A DNA stretch of 32,268 nt from Candidatus Limnocylindrales bacterium (GTDB lineage: Bacteria > Chloroflexota > Limnocylindria > Limnocylindrales > CSP1-4). The stretch is taken from contig DASTVH010000216.1 in assembly GCA_035759195.1 (NCBI GenBank), positions 1 to 32,268 on the forward strand, read 5' to 3'. The translations under genes were made by a program, and so were the position numbers. The first letter of the stretch is position 1, and each line of letters starts with the position of its first letter. Below are positions 24,416-32,268 of the stretch, in pieces. The notes under the pieces are model-generated. The model was not told where the DNA came from, did not search any database, and saw only the letters and a program-made list of their open reading frames with translations.

Positions 24416-24850
24416 ATGACTGCCCGCACCGCCGACCGCGCACTTGGTCCCGTCGACGTCGCCCTGCGCATCGCGATCGTCGGCCTGACGCTGGCCACCG
24501 GATACATCCACTCGACCCTCGGTGGCCTCCTGTTCACGCTGAACGCCGTCGGTTATCTCGTCGCCGCCGTTGCGATGGTCGTCCCGCTCGGGATCGCCGT
24601 CCGGTTCCGCTGGGTCGTCCGCCTCGGCCTGATCGGCTACGCCGCCACGACGATCATCGGCTGGGCGATCCAGGGCCCGTTCTACTCGACGGCCTACATC
24701 GCCAAGGGGATCGAGGTCGCGCTCATCGTCCTGCTCGCGATCGACTTCGCGCGCATGGACGGCAACCCGATCACGGTGATCAGGAACGAGCTCGGTCAGC
24801 TCTCGGCCCGTCTCGGCCGCCGGGCGGCCTCCGGCTCGGCCCGCGCCTGA
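24416..24850 (+). CDS. Four-TM membrane protein of unknown function
   Basis: Translation from the ATG at 24416 is MTARTADRALGPVDVALRIAIVGLTLATGYIHSTLGGLLFTLNAVGYLVAAVAMVVPL...VVRLGLIGYAATTIIGWAI...GIEVALIVLLAIDFA. The upstream part of the ORF-track ORF is Arg/Pro-rich and was rejected. Confidence 0.65.
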   Translation: MTARTADRALGPVDVALRIAIVGLTLATGYIHSTLGGLLFTLNAVGYLVAAVAMVVPLGIAVRFRWVVRLGLIGYAATTIIGWAIQGPFYSTAYIAKGIEVALIVLLAIDFARMDGNPITVIRNELGQLSARLGRRAASGSARA

Positions 24851-24898
24851 TCCGCGTCGACCCACACCCCACCCGTCGCATCACGGAGAGCACCTGAC

Positions 24899-25282
24899 AT
24901 GAAGCGCCTGCTCACGACCCTCGGCCTGGCGGTCTTCGCCGCCGTCCTCGTCGCCTGTTCGTCCGGTGCGGCCGCCCAGCCGCCGTCGGCCGGCCCGGTC
25001 GACCCGGACGCGCCGGTGATCGTCGCCCAGAACAACGCGTTCAGCCCCTCGACCGTCAAGGTTGTCGCCGGCAAGGCGTTCACGCTGACGCTCGACAACA
25101 AGGACGCGGCGCCGCACAACGTCGCGATCTTCACGGACTCCAGCGCGTCCGAGTCGGTCTCGATCGGCGAGATCGTCAGCTCGAAGCAGGTCAGCCAGCA
25201 GGTGCCGGCCCTCGAGAAGGGTGAGTACTTCTTCCGCTGCGACGTCCACAGGGAGATGACGGGCACGATCGTCGCCGAATAG
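24899..25282 (+). CDS. Cupredoxin (amicyanin/plastocyanin-like type-1 copper) lipoprotein
   Basis: The lipobox is LGLAVFAAVLVAC|SSG. The type-1 Cu ligand pattern is His (APHNVAIF) ... Cys-x2-His-x2-Met (FRCDVHREMTG). GGAG lies 10 nt upstream of the ATG. Confidence 0.85.
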   Translation: MKRLLTTLGLAVFAAVLVACSSGAAAQPPSAGPVDPDAPVIVAQNNAFSPSTVKVVAGKAFTLTLDNKDAAPHNVAIFTDSSASESVSIGEIVSSKQVSQQVPALEKGEYFFRCDVHREMTGTIVAE

Positions 25283-25305
25283 GGCCGATCCCACCCGCCG
25301 CTCAC

Positions 25306-25335
25306 GCGAAGCCCCCGGCACCCCGGGGGCTTCGC
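25306..25335 (+). terminator. Strong GC hairpin (13-bp perfect stem, 4-nt loop) downstream of the cupredoxin gene
   Basis: Sequence is GCGAAGCCCCCGG-cacc-CCGGGGGCTTCGC, 24 nt after the stop codon. No U-tract follows (cgattcggg), which is common in high-GC genomes. Confidence 0.6.
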
Positions 25336-25409
25336 CGATTCGGGAGGATCGGACCGGCGGGTCCGGCAGCCCGCATAATCGGTGGCGCCGCCAGGGGAGT
25401 CACGACCCG

Positions 25410-26300
25410 ATGCTCGAGATCATCGACCTGTCCAAACGATACGGCGCCGTCGTCGCGCTCGACGGCGCGTCGTTCACGGCCGCGCGGGGCCGCCTGGTCG
25501 GCTTCCTCGGCCCGAACGGGGCCGGCAAGACGACGACGATGCGCTGCATCTTCGGGCTCGCGACTCCCGATTCGGGCGCCACCCACTGGGAGGGCCGGCC
25601 GATCGACCGGGAGACCCGGCTCCGCTTCGGCTACATGCCGGAGCAGCGCGGCCTCTACCCTCGGATGCGGGTCGGCGAGCAGCTGAGCTACTTCGCCCAG
25701 CATCACGGCATGTCGGGCCGGGAGGCGGACGCGGCGGCAAAGCGCTGGCTCGAGCGGCTGGGCCTGGCCGACCGCGTCGACTCGAAGCTCGAGGACCTGA
25801 GCCACGGCAACCAGCAGCGCGTGCAGCTCGGCGCCGCGCTCGTCCACGATCCCGAGCTGCTCGTGCTCGACGAGCCGTTCTCCGGTCTCGACCCGATCGG
25901 GATCGCGACGATGTCGGAGATCCTCCACGAGCGCGCGGCGGCCGGCGTCGGGGTCGTGTTCTCGAGCCATCAGCTCGATCTTGTCGAGGACGTCTGCGAG
26001 GACGTCGTGATCATCAATCGCGGCCGGATCGTCGCGCAGGGGGCCATCGAGGAGCTGCGGACCGCGTCGGAACGACGTCACCTCGAGGTCGAGGTCGAGG
26101 GCAGCGGTGGGGATTGGCTCGACGGGCGCGACGACGTGTCGGTCGTCGAGCGCCGGGGCGACCTGCTCCGGCTCACCGTCGGCTCCAACGTCGATCTGGC
26201 CGGGCTGCTCGCCGCCGCCTCGGCGGCCGGCCCGGTCCGCCGTTTCGCCTTCCAGCCGCCCGCCCTCTCCGAGCTGTTCATGGAGGTCGTCCAGTCATGA
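25410..26300 (+). CDS. ABC transporter ATP-binding protein (ABC-2/NatA-like)
   Basis: Walker A is GFLGPNGAGKTT, the Q-loop is YMPEQRGLY, the signature is LSHGNQQRV and Walker B is LLVLDEPFSGLDP. The H-loop is in VVFSSHQL. There is a C-terminal DUF4162-like extension. Confidence 0.9.
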   Translation: MLEIIDLSKRYGAVVALDGASFTAARGRLVGFLGPNGAGKTTTMRCIFGLATPDSGATHWEGRPIDRETRLRFGYMPEQRGLYPRMRVGEQLSYFAQHHGMSGREADAAAKRWLERLGLADRVDSKLEDLSHGNQQRVQLGAALVHDPELLVLDEPFSGLDPIGIATMSEILHERAAAGVGVVFSSHQLDLVEDVCEDVVIINRGRIVAQGAIEELRTASERRHLEVEVEGSGGDWLDGRDDVSVVERRGDLLRLTVGSNVDLAGLLAAASAAGPVRRFAFQPPALSELFMEVVQS

Positions 26301-27490
26301 GCCGCTGGCGCGCGATCTGGCTGGTGGCCCGCCGCGAGATCATCGAGCGCGGCCGCAGCCGGGCATTCCTCATCTCGCTCGGGCTGACCGTCGTCTTCAT
26401 CCTCGCCGGCCTCTTCCTGCCGACGTTCCTCGGCGGCGGCGACCGGGCCGAGCGCCTGGGCGTCGCCGGCACGCCGCCGGCCGGTTTCGAGCAGGCCGTC
26501 GCGCTCGCCGGCGGTACGGCCGACCTGGAGGTCGCGGTCGAGACGGTGCCCGACGCCGCGGCCGGCGAGACGCGTCTCCGCGACGGGACGCTGGACGCGC
26601 TCCTGATCGTGCCCGACGACGGCTCGGCGCCGACATACGTCGTCCGCCAGCGGGACAACGAGCTGCTCGGCCAGCTCGTCGCGGCCTCGCTTGGCGCGGT
26701 CCGGGTCCAGGAGCTGCTCGGCGAGTCCGGCATCGACCCGACCGACTACGCCGCGGCCCAGACGCCGCCCGAGGTCCGCGAACTCGAGCCGTCCGACCCG
26801 AACCGGGACACCGCATTCATCTTTGCCAACGTGGGGGTCATCCTGCTCTTCATCTCGATCTTCACGTTCGGGACCTGGGTCCTGACCGGCGTCGTCGAGG
26901 AGAAGCAGAGCCGGGTCGTCGAGGTCGTCCTCTCGACGGTCGAGGCGCGCGACCTGCTGATCGGCAAGGTCCTCGGGATCGGGCTCCTCGGGCTCGTCCA
27001 GCTCGTCATCATGGTCGGCGTCGGACTCGGGGTCGGCACGGCGACGAACCGGTTCAGCCTGCCGCCGACGACGGGGGCCGCGGTCGTCCAGCTGTTCGTG
27101 TGGTTCGGGCTCGGCTACGCCTTCTACTCGACGGGCCTCGGCGTCCTCGGGGCGCTCGCCTCGCGGATGGAGGAGGCCTCGAACGCGTCGAGCCCGGTCA
27201 GCCTCCTCGCCACCGCCGCCTACCTCTTCTCGCTCCTCGTCGTGATCGACGACCCGGCCGGCACGGCGGCCCGGATCGGCACGTTCATCCCGCCGGTCTC
27301 GCCGATGGTCGTCCCGCTCCGCTCGGCGCTCGGGGCGATCGAGCCCTGGGAGATCGTCCTCTCGATCGTCCTGATGCTTGCCGCCATCTGGCTGCTCTTC
27401 GTCGTCGGCGGGCGAGTCTATTCGGGGGCCGTCCTGCGAACGGCCGGCCGGGTTCCCTTCCGCGAGGCGCTCCGCTTCGTGCGCCGCTGA
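26297..27490 (+). CDS. ABC-2 type permease (NatB-like)
   Basis: An ATGA overlap couples it to the ATPase gene. Translation starts MSRWRAIWLVARREIIERGRSRAFLISLGLTVVFILAGLF. There is a large extracytoplasmic loop after TM1, then five more TM helices. Confidence 0.85.
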   Translation: MSRWRAIWLVARREIIERGRSRAFLISLGLTVVFILAGLFLPTFLGGGDRAERLGVAGTPPAGFEQAVALAGGTADLEVAVETVPDAAAGETRLRDGTLDALLIVPDDGSAPTYVVRQRDNELLGQLVAASLGAVRVQELLGESGIDPTDYAAAQTPPEVRELEPSDPNRDTAFIFANVGVILLFISIFTFGTWVLTGVVEEKQSRVVEVVLSTVEARDLLIGKVLGIGLLGLVQLVIMVGVGLGVGTATNRFSLPPTTGAAVVQLFVWFGLGYAFYSTGLGVLGALASRMEEASNASSPVSLLATAAYLFSLLVVIDDPAGTAARIGTFIPPVSPMVVPLRSALGAIEPWEIVLSIVLMLAAIWLLFVVGGRVYSGAVLRTAGRVPFREALRFVRR

Positions 27491-27510
27491 GCGGCGGCAT
27501 CGTCCGCCGC
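27491..27510. terminator. Short hairpin between convergent genes (7-bp stem GCGGCGG/CCGCCGC, 6-nt loop)
   Basis: Read directly from the sequence. It occupies most of the 28-nt gap between the convergent stops at 27490 and 27519. There is no U-tract. Confidence 0.3.
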
Positions 27511-27518
27511 AGGGTGCG

Positions 27519-28538
27519 TCAGCCGGGCGGCAGGGCCTCGAAGAGCGCCGGCGTGCCGCCGGCGTGCCAGAAGACGATCCGGCCGCCGAGGCGACCGTCA
27601 CGCACGCCGGCGACCAGCGAGGCCAACGCCTTCGCCGTGTAGATCGGGTCGGCGAGGATGCCCTCGGTCCGGGCGAGGAGCTCGGTCGCCTCGGTCGCCG
27701 CGGCGGTCGGGCTCCCGTAGCCCGGACCGAGCTGGTCGCCGTCGACCTCGATCCGCTCGTCGGGGGCCGCCCGAACGTCGATGAGGCGCTCGAGGCCGTC
27801 GAGGAGGGCCGCGACCGTCGTCCGCGCCTCGTCGGCCGGGCCGCCGACGGCGACGCCCAGGACCCGCGCGCCAGATCGGGCGAAATCGACTGCGGCGAGC
27901 AGGCCGGCGTGGGTCCCGCCCGTCGCGGTCGGGACGACGATGGCCGCGGGCTCCCAGCCGAGCTCGGCCGCCTGTCCGAGGAGCTCGAGCCCGGCGAGGA
28001 CCTGGCCGACGGCGCCGATCGGCGGCCCGTCGGCGAAGCCGCTGCCGCCGACGCCGATGTGGTACGGCCGCCGGCCGGCGGCCACGAGGTACCCGACGAC
28101 CGTCGCGACGAGCGCCTCGCGGTCCTCGCGCGCCTCGGTCGCCGCGACGTGGACGTGGGCCCCGAGCAGCGCGTCGAGGCGCTCGTTCGGGCCGGGGGTC
28201 GGCGCCGGCGGGCCGGTCAGCGCGAGGTGGACCTCGAGCCCGGCCCGCGCCCCCGCCGCGGCCGTCAGGCGACAGTGGTTCGACCAGCGACGGCCCGACG
28301 TCACGAGGACGTCGCAGCCGCGGGCAAGCGCGTCGCCGACGAGGAACTCGAGGTTCCGCAGCTTGTTGCCGCCGAAGGCGAGCGGCAGGAGATCCTCGCG
28401 CTTGACCCATATCTCGGCGCCGCCGCCGAGGGCCTCCGAGAAGCGCTCGAGCCGGGCGAGCGGCGACGGCCCGTCGATGAGCCGGAAGCGGGGCAGGGCG
28501 GCGACCGCCGGCGGTGGCTCGGGGGAGCGGAGGCTCAT
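27519..28538 (-). CDS. PLP-dependent D-cysteine desulfhydrase / ACC deaminase family protein
   Basis: Translation from the ATG at 28538 is MSLRSPEPPPAVAALPRFRLIDGPSPLARLERFSEALGGGAEIWVKREDLLPLAFGGNKLRNLEFLVGDA.... GGNK.R.LE carries the PLP Lys. TATGGTHAGL and the C-terminal IVFWHAGG also fit. The ORF-track extension to 29570 was rejected. Confidence 0.85.
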   Translation of the reverse strand: MSLRSPEPPPAVAALPRFRLIDGPSPLARLERFSEALGGGAEIWVKREDLLPLAFGGNKLRNLEFLVGDALARGCDVLVTSGRRWSNHCRLTAAAGARAGLEVHLALTGPPAPTPGPNERLDALLGAHVHVAATEAREDREALVATVVGYLVAAGRRPYHIGVGGSGFADGPPIGAVGQVLAGLELLGQAAELGWEPAAIVVPTATGGTHAGLLAAVDFARSGARVLGVAVGGPADEARTTVAALLDGLERLIDVRAAPDERIEVDGDQLGPGYGSPTAAATEATELLARTEGILADPIYTAKALASLVAGVRDGRLGGRIVFWHAGGTPALFEALPPG

Positions 28539-28547
28539 GGGCCGATC

Positions 28548-28562
28548 GTAGCCCGGTGCTAC
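28548..28562. promoter_or_regulatory. Inverted repeat GTAGC-N5-GCTAC centred in the 39-bp divergent spacer, flanked by TANNNT -10-like hexamers on both strands
   Basis: The spacer 28539-28577 reads gggccgATCGTAgcccggtgcTACGCTggccgggcagcc. On the minus strand, TACGAT lies 6 nt from the ATG at 28538. On the plus strand, TACGCT lies 12 nt from the ATG at 28578. Confidence 0.3.
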
Positions 28563-28577
28563 GCTGGCCGGGCAGCC

Positions 28578-30041
28578 ATGGACGCCGAACGACCCCGATC
28601 GATCCCGCCTTCCTCGCTGACGATGCCGCTGTCGCGGCGGGGCTTCCTCGCCTGGTCGGCGGCGATGACCCTCGCCGCATGCGCCGACCCGTCGCCGTCG
28701 CCGCGCCCGACTGGCTCCGCCGCGGCAAGCGCGGTTCCATCCCGGCCGCCGATCGCGGGACCGACCGCCGCTCCGTCGGCCGTCCCCTCGCCCTCGCCGC
28801 CGCCGTCCGCTTCGCCAGCCCCCTCCGCCGGCCCGCCCGGCCGGCGCATCCTGTTCCGCGACGCGGCCCTCGCCGAAGGCAAGGGCGACCGTCTTCAGCT
28901 CGGGCTCAGCCTGCTCGTCGAGGACGCCCGGATCGCCTGGATCCGACCTGTCGACGGCGAGGAGGACCCCGGGCCGCCCGAGGGCCTCGAAGTCGTCGAC
29001 GCGAGCGGGGCGACGATCGTCCCGGGGATGGTCGACGGCCACAGCCACGTGACGTTGCCCGGCGGAGCCCGCTGGATCGACCGGGCCTTCGACGATCCCG
29101 CGGATCTGCTCCGCGCCGCGGAGCGCAACGGCCGGCTGCTGACCAGGGCCGGCGTCCGCTGGGCGCGCGACGTCGGCGCGCCGGTCGGGGCGGACCCCAG
29201 CGACGGGCGCGAACGTGCGCTCAGTCTCGGCGTCCGGGATCGCTGGTCGGCGGCCGGCGGGGACCTGCCGTACATCCGCGCTGCGGGGACCTGGCTGACG
29301 CGGCGCGGGACGCTTCGGGCCGGCCTCGGCGTCGAGGCCCGCAACGCCGACGAGCTGCTCGCGGCGGCCAACCGCCAGCTCGACGACGGGGCGGATCTCG
29401 TGAAGCTCTATCTCGACGGGCCCGACGCCGGAACGTCGCCGTGGTCGGTCGCCGAGATCCGGCGGGTCGTCGAGGCCGTCCACGCCCGCGACGCCCGCGT
29501 CACCGCCCATTCGGGCCGGCTGGCCGGTGCCCGGGCCGGGGTCGCCGCCGGCGTCGACTCGCTCGAGCACGGGTTCGAGCTGGACGACGCCGTCGCGGGG
29601 GACATGGCCCGCCGGGGGACGATGCTCGTCTCGACGCTGGCGGTCATGCGCTCGTGGCAGACATTTGCCCGGACCACGACGATCCCGCGCTTCGCCGGGG
29701 CGGACGGGCGGCGGTCGACCGCGGCCCGGCTCGAGCGTGCCGAGGCCTCACTCCGGGCGGCCCGGGCGGCCGGCGTCGCGATCGCCGCCGGCACCGACTT
29801 CGGCGGCGGCTCGGGCCGGGCGAACCATCTCGCCTGGGAGGTCGAGGCGCTCGTCGCCGCCGGCATGGAGCCGTGGGAGGCGCTCGGGGCGGCGACGTGG
29901 CGGGGCGGCGACCTGCTCGGCGAGGCGGATGCCGGCCGGATCCGGGAGGGCGGCCCGGCCGATCTCGTCCTCGTCCACGGCGACCCGACGACCGACCCGA
30001 CCGCGCTGTGGCGCGTCTGGCGCGTCGTCTGGTCGGACTGA
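28578..30041 (+). CDS. Amidohydrolase-superfamily metallo-hydrolase with Tat-type lipoprotein signal
   Basis: LSRRGFLAWSAAMTLAAC|A combines a twin-Arg motif with a lipobox, followed by a Pro/Ser/Ala-rich linker. The metal-binding HxH is in IVPGMVDGHSHV. Later motifs are VTAHS, LEHG and AAGTDFGG. The alternative start is ATG 28623. Confidence 0.85.
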   Translation: MDAERPRSIPPSSLTMPLSRRGFLAWSAAMTLAACADPSPSPRPTGSAAASAVPSRPPIAGPTAAPSAVPSPSPPPSASPAPSAGPPGRRILFRDAALAEGKGDRLQLGLSLLVEDARIAWIRPVDGEEDPGPPEGLEVVDASGATIVPGMVDGHSHVTLPGGARWIDRAFDDPADLLRAAERNGRLLTRAGVRWARDVGAPVGADPSDGRERALSLGVRDRWSAAGGDLPYIRAAGTWLTRRGTLRAGLGVEARNADELLAAANRQLDDGADLVKLYLDGPDAGTSPWSVAEIRRVVEAVHARDARVTAHSGRLAGARAGVAAGVDSLEHGFELDDAVAGDMARRGTMLVSTLAVMRSWQTFARTTTIPRFAGADGRRSTAARLERAEASLRAARAAGVAIAAGTDFGGGSGRANHLAWEVEALVAAGMEPWEALGAATWRGGDLLGEADAGRIREGGPADLVLVHGDPTTDPTALWRVWRVVWSD

Positions 30042-30123
30042 CGGCCGACCTCGTACCATCCGATCGATGGCCCGCCGCGTCCGCCCCGAGGATCGCTCGA
30101 CCTCGGTCGGCCAGAACGACGAC

Positions 30124-30450
30124 ATGGAGCGCTCGATCGCCGTGTCGGACGAGACAGTCGGGTCGGTCGGGCTGTACTCGTCGGTCGTCACGACGGCGCC
30201 CGGCGGGAAGACCCGGATCCACCACCACGGCGAGTGCGAGACGAGCATCTTCGTCCTCTCGGGTCGGGCCCGCTACACCTGGGGACCGACGGGCCTCGAG
30301 CACGAGATGCACGCCGACCCGGGCGACTTCGTCTACATCCCGGCCGGCGAAATCCACGTCGAGGAGAACGCCTCGACGGCCGAGCCGCTCGTCGTCGTCC
30401 TCTCCCGGAACTGCCCGGGCTCGGTCGTCCACTACGTCGACGAGGCGTGA
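30124..30450 (+). CDS. Cupin-domain protein
   Basis: Translation is MERSIAVSDETVGSVGLYSSVVTTAPGGKTRIHHHGECETSIFVLSGRARYTWG...GDFVYIPAGEIHVEEN. The cupin motifs G(X)5H.H...E and G...P.G..H..N are present. The alternative start is ATG 30067. Confidence 0.75.
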   Translation: MERSIAVSDETVGSVGLYSSVVTTAPGGKTRIHHHGECETSIFVLSGRARYTWGPTGLEHEMHADPGDFVYIPAGEIHVEENASTAEPLVVVLSRNCPGSVVHYVDEA

Positions 30451-31465
30451 CCGGGGGCGGGATCTCGGACGGGACGGGGCTCGGGTCGCTGGCGGACCTG
30501 CTCGCCAGGCACGGCCTGGCCGGCGTGCCCGAGGAGCCGTTCCCGAACGACGGCTGGTCGGGGGCGTCGATGACGCTGCTCCGGCGGGGCGACGAGCGGT
30601 TCGTCCTCAAGCGAGATTCGCTGGCCCGCGACTGGATCGCCCGGTCGACCCGCGACGGGCCGATCCCGCGCGAGGCGTGGTTCGCCGTCCATGGGCCGCC
30701 GCTGCCTGCGCCGCTGCGGGCGCCGTACCTCGGGGCGGGCCTCGACGGCGACGACGTCGGCATCCTCATGCCGGACCTCAGCGCGACCCTCTTCGAGTGG
30801 GACGAACCGATCGCCTCTGACGCGCTGGATCGCGTGCTCGCGGCGCTCGCCGCGCTCCACGGCACGAACCGGAACGACCTCCTGCGCGACGGCCCCTGGT
30901 GCCCGCTGCCCGAACGCCTGACGCTCATCTGCCGGGCGTCCCTCGAGCGGCCGGGCCCCGCCCGGGACGCCGTCGGCGGGCGGATTCTGCCCGGCTGGGA
31001 CGCCTTCGACCAGCTCGCGCCGCCCCGGGTGCGGCAGCTCGTCGCGGACCTCGGAGACGAGCCGGCGCCGCTCGTCGCGGCCCTGCGCCGCCAGCCTTCG
31101 ACGCTGATCCACGGCGACATGAAGCTCGCGAACGTCGGCCTGGGCCCTGCCGGCTCGGTCGACCTGGTGGACTGGCAGATGGTTTCGATCGCGCCGGTCG
31201 CCGTGGAGCTCGGCTGGTTCCTCGTGGCCAACGTCGCCTCGCTGCCGCTGCCGGCGGATGCGGTGCTCGCCCGCTACGAATCGCATGCCGGATCGATCGG
31301 CCGCGACGGCGCCGACGCGGCGATCCTCGTCGGACTGCTGCTGCGGGGCTGGCGGAAGGCTACGACGCCGCGGCCGGCGTGCGGTTCCCGTCGGGCGTCA
31401 CGGCGCTCGACGACCTCGCCTGGTGGTGCGACCGAGCGCTCGCGGCGGCCGACCGGATCCTCTAG
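30447..31465 (+). pseudogene. APH/choline-kinase-like phosphotransferase with an apparent 1-nt frameshift near 31351-31360
   Basis: The GTG at 30447 overlaps the cupin stop (GTGA). This frame reads ...FVLKRDS...STLIHGDMKLANVGLGPAGSVDLVDWQM...AILVGLLLRGWRK, where HGD....N and D.D.W are the catalytic and Mg loops of the protein-kinase-like fold. It then degenerates to ATTPRPACGSRRASRR. The +2 frame carries a protein-like tail, EGYDAAAGVRFPSGVTALDDLAWWCDRALAAADRIL*, ending at 31465. Confidence 0.7.
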
Positions 31466-31502
31466 GCGGCGCGGGGCAGGGTCCTGCGGAACGTCCGGCG
31501 CA

Positions 31503-32268
31503 TCAGGCGGGCGCTGCCAGGTCGCGCCGTGGGAAGACCGCGAGCGCCCACGCGACGGCAGCGGCGCCGACCGCCCCGAGCAGGGCGAAGTCACGCGAGC
31601 TGTCGACGCCCTCGAGGACACCCTTCGCGTCGTAGTAGTTGAACAGCGAGTACGGCTGGAGGCCCTTCGCGTCCGGCCAGAACGTCCCGAGGACGTCGAG
31701 GAAGTACATGACGACGACGAGCCCGATGACGATCCCGAGGGCGGGCGTGAGCCGGTCGAACGAGACCGACGCCGCCAGGGCAATCGCGCCGATCGCCCCG
31801 AAGAGGAGGAATCCGTTCAGCCAGAGCAGGGGGAGCCGCGCGGCATCGAGCTCGTCGGCAACGCCGGCCAGCACCGAACCGGCGACCGCCCCGACGATCG
31901 TCGCGGCGATCGTCAGGCCGACGAAGCCGAGCGTCGCGATCAGCAGCGTGACGTAGAGCGTCCGGCGCGACAGGGGTCGGGCGAGGACGACCTCGAGGGT
32001 CCCCCGCTGGCGCTCACCGGCGACCGCTGCAGAGGCGAAGCCGACGGCGAAGACCGCGTTGAGGACGAGCGAGATCGGGTGGACGGCGCCGAGCGCGATC
32101 GAACCCGAGAGCGAGAAGATGTCGCCCCCGCCGAACTGGGTGAACTCGACCGGGATCAGGCCCGAGTTGATGATCGAGCGGAAGGTCTGGCCGAACGTGC
32201 CGTAGACGATCGGCATCAGCGAGCTCCAGATCACGATCGCGACGCCGACGATCGCCACCTTGAGGCGC
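31503..32268 (-). CDS. ABC-2 type transporter permease, partial (N-terminus beyond window end)
   Basis: The frame stays open to the window edge (RLKVAIVGVAIVIWSSLMPIVYG...). There are multiple TM helices, and ERQRGTLEVVLARPLSRRTLY is typical of ABC-2 permease subunits. Confidence 0.8.
   Translation of the reverse strand, partial: RLKVAIVGVAIVIWSSLMPIVYGTFGQTFRSIINSGLIPVEFTQFGGGDIFSLSGSIALGAVHPISLVLNAVFAVGFASAAVAGERQRGTLEVVLARPLSRRTLYVTLLIATLGFVGLTIAATIVGAVAGSVLAGVADELDAARLPLLWLNGFLLFGAIGAIALAASVSFDRLTPALGIVIGLVVVMYFLDVLGTFWPDAKGLQPYSLFNYYDAKGVLEGVDSSRDFALLGAVGAAAVAWALAVFPRRDLAAPA

Noticed and set aside
30447-32268. Reading frame open from 30447 to the window end, which would be a protein of more than 600 aa.
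   Set aside because: After codon ~304 the frame is Arg/Ser/Pro nonsense, and from 31503 it is antisense to a clear ABC-2 permease. I interpret it as a frameshifted phosphotransferase followed by a shadow frame.

Overview
Very GC-rich chromosomal segment: third codon positions are almost always G/C, RBSs are GGAGG-type, GTG/TTG starts are frequent, and there are several 4-8 nt start/stop overlaps. This style fits an Actinomycetota- or Chloroflexota-like genome. I support about 30 protein-coding genes. I found no rRNA, tRNA, CRISPR array, transposase or integrase. Gene order: (1) a minus-strand DUF2089 / DUF4097 'toast-rack' / SHOCT-like operon; (2) a 1155-aa MalT-type STAND ATPase-TPR protein with a C-terminal SARP (wHTH+BTAD) output, followed by a tiny TM ORF; (3) a secreted protein with His-Gly / Cys motifs resembling clan-CD (gingipain/caspase-fold) peptidases, behind a ~500-nt structured leader; (4) housekeeping and accessory genes (ybaK, DEAD-box helicase, DUF72, Rho_N-domain protein, GNAT, beta-lactamase-family serine hydrolase, VOC/glyoxalase); (5) a GreA factor with a ~260-aa N-terminal extension carrying GIY-YIG-like motifs; (6) a four-gene signalling operon headed by a 2357-aa soluble histidine kinase with 8 GAF and 5 PAS modules, followed by a REC-only protein, a NarL-type regulator and a LiaF-TM-like membrane protein; (7) a 4-TM protein, a cupredoxin lipoprotein and a NatAB-like ABC pair; (8) D-cysteine desulfhydrase/ACC-deaminase-family and Tat-lipoprotein amidohydrolase genes diverging from a 39-bp spacer, then a cupin, a frameshifted APH-like phosphotransferase and a partial ABC-2 permease. 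The most unusual items are the reiterated GAF/PAS kinase operon, the GIY-YIG-like::GreA fusion, the STAND-SARP regulator with inverted domain order, and the secreted clan-CD-like protein. All domain calls come from reading motifs by eye. None has been checked against a database.
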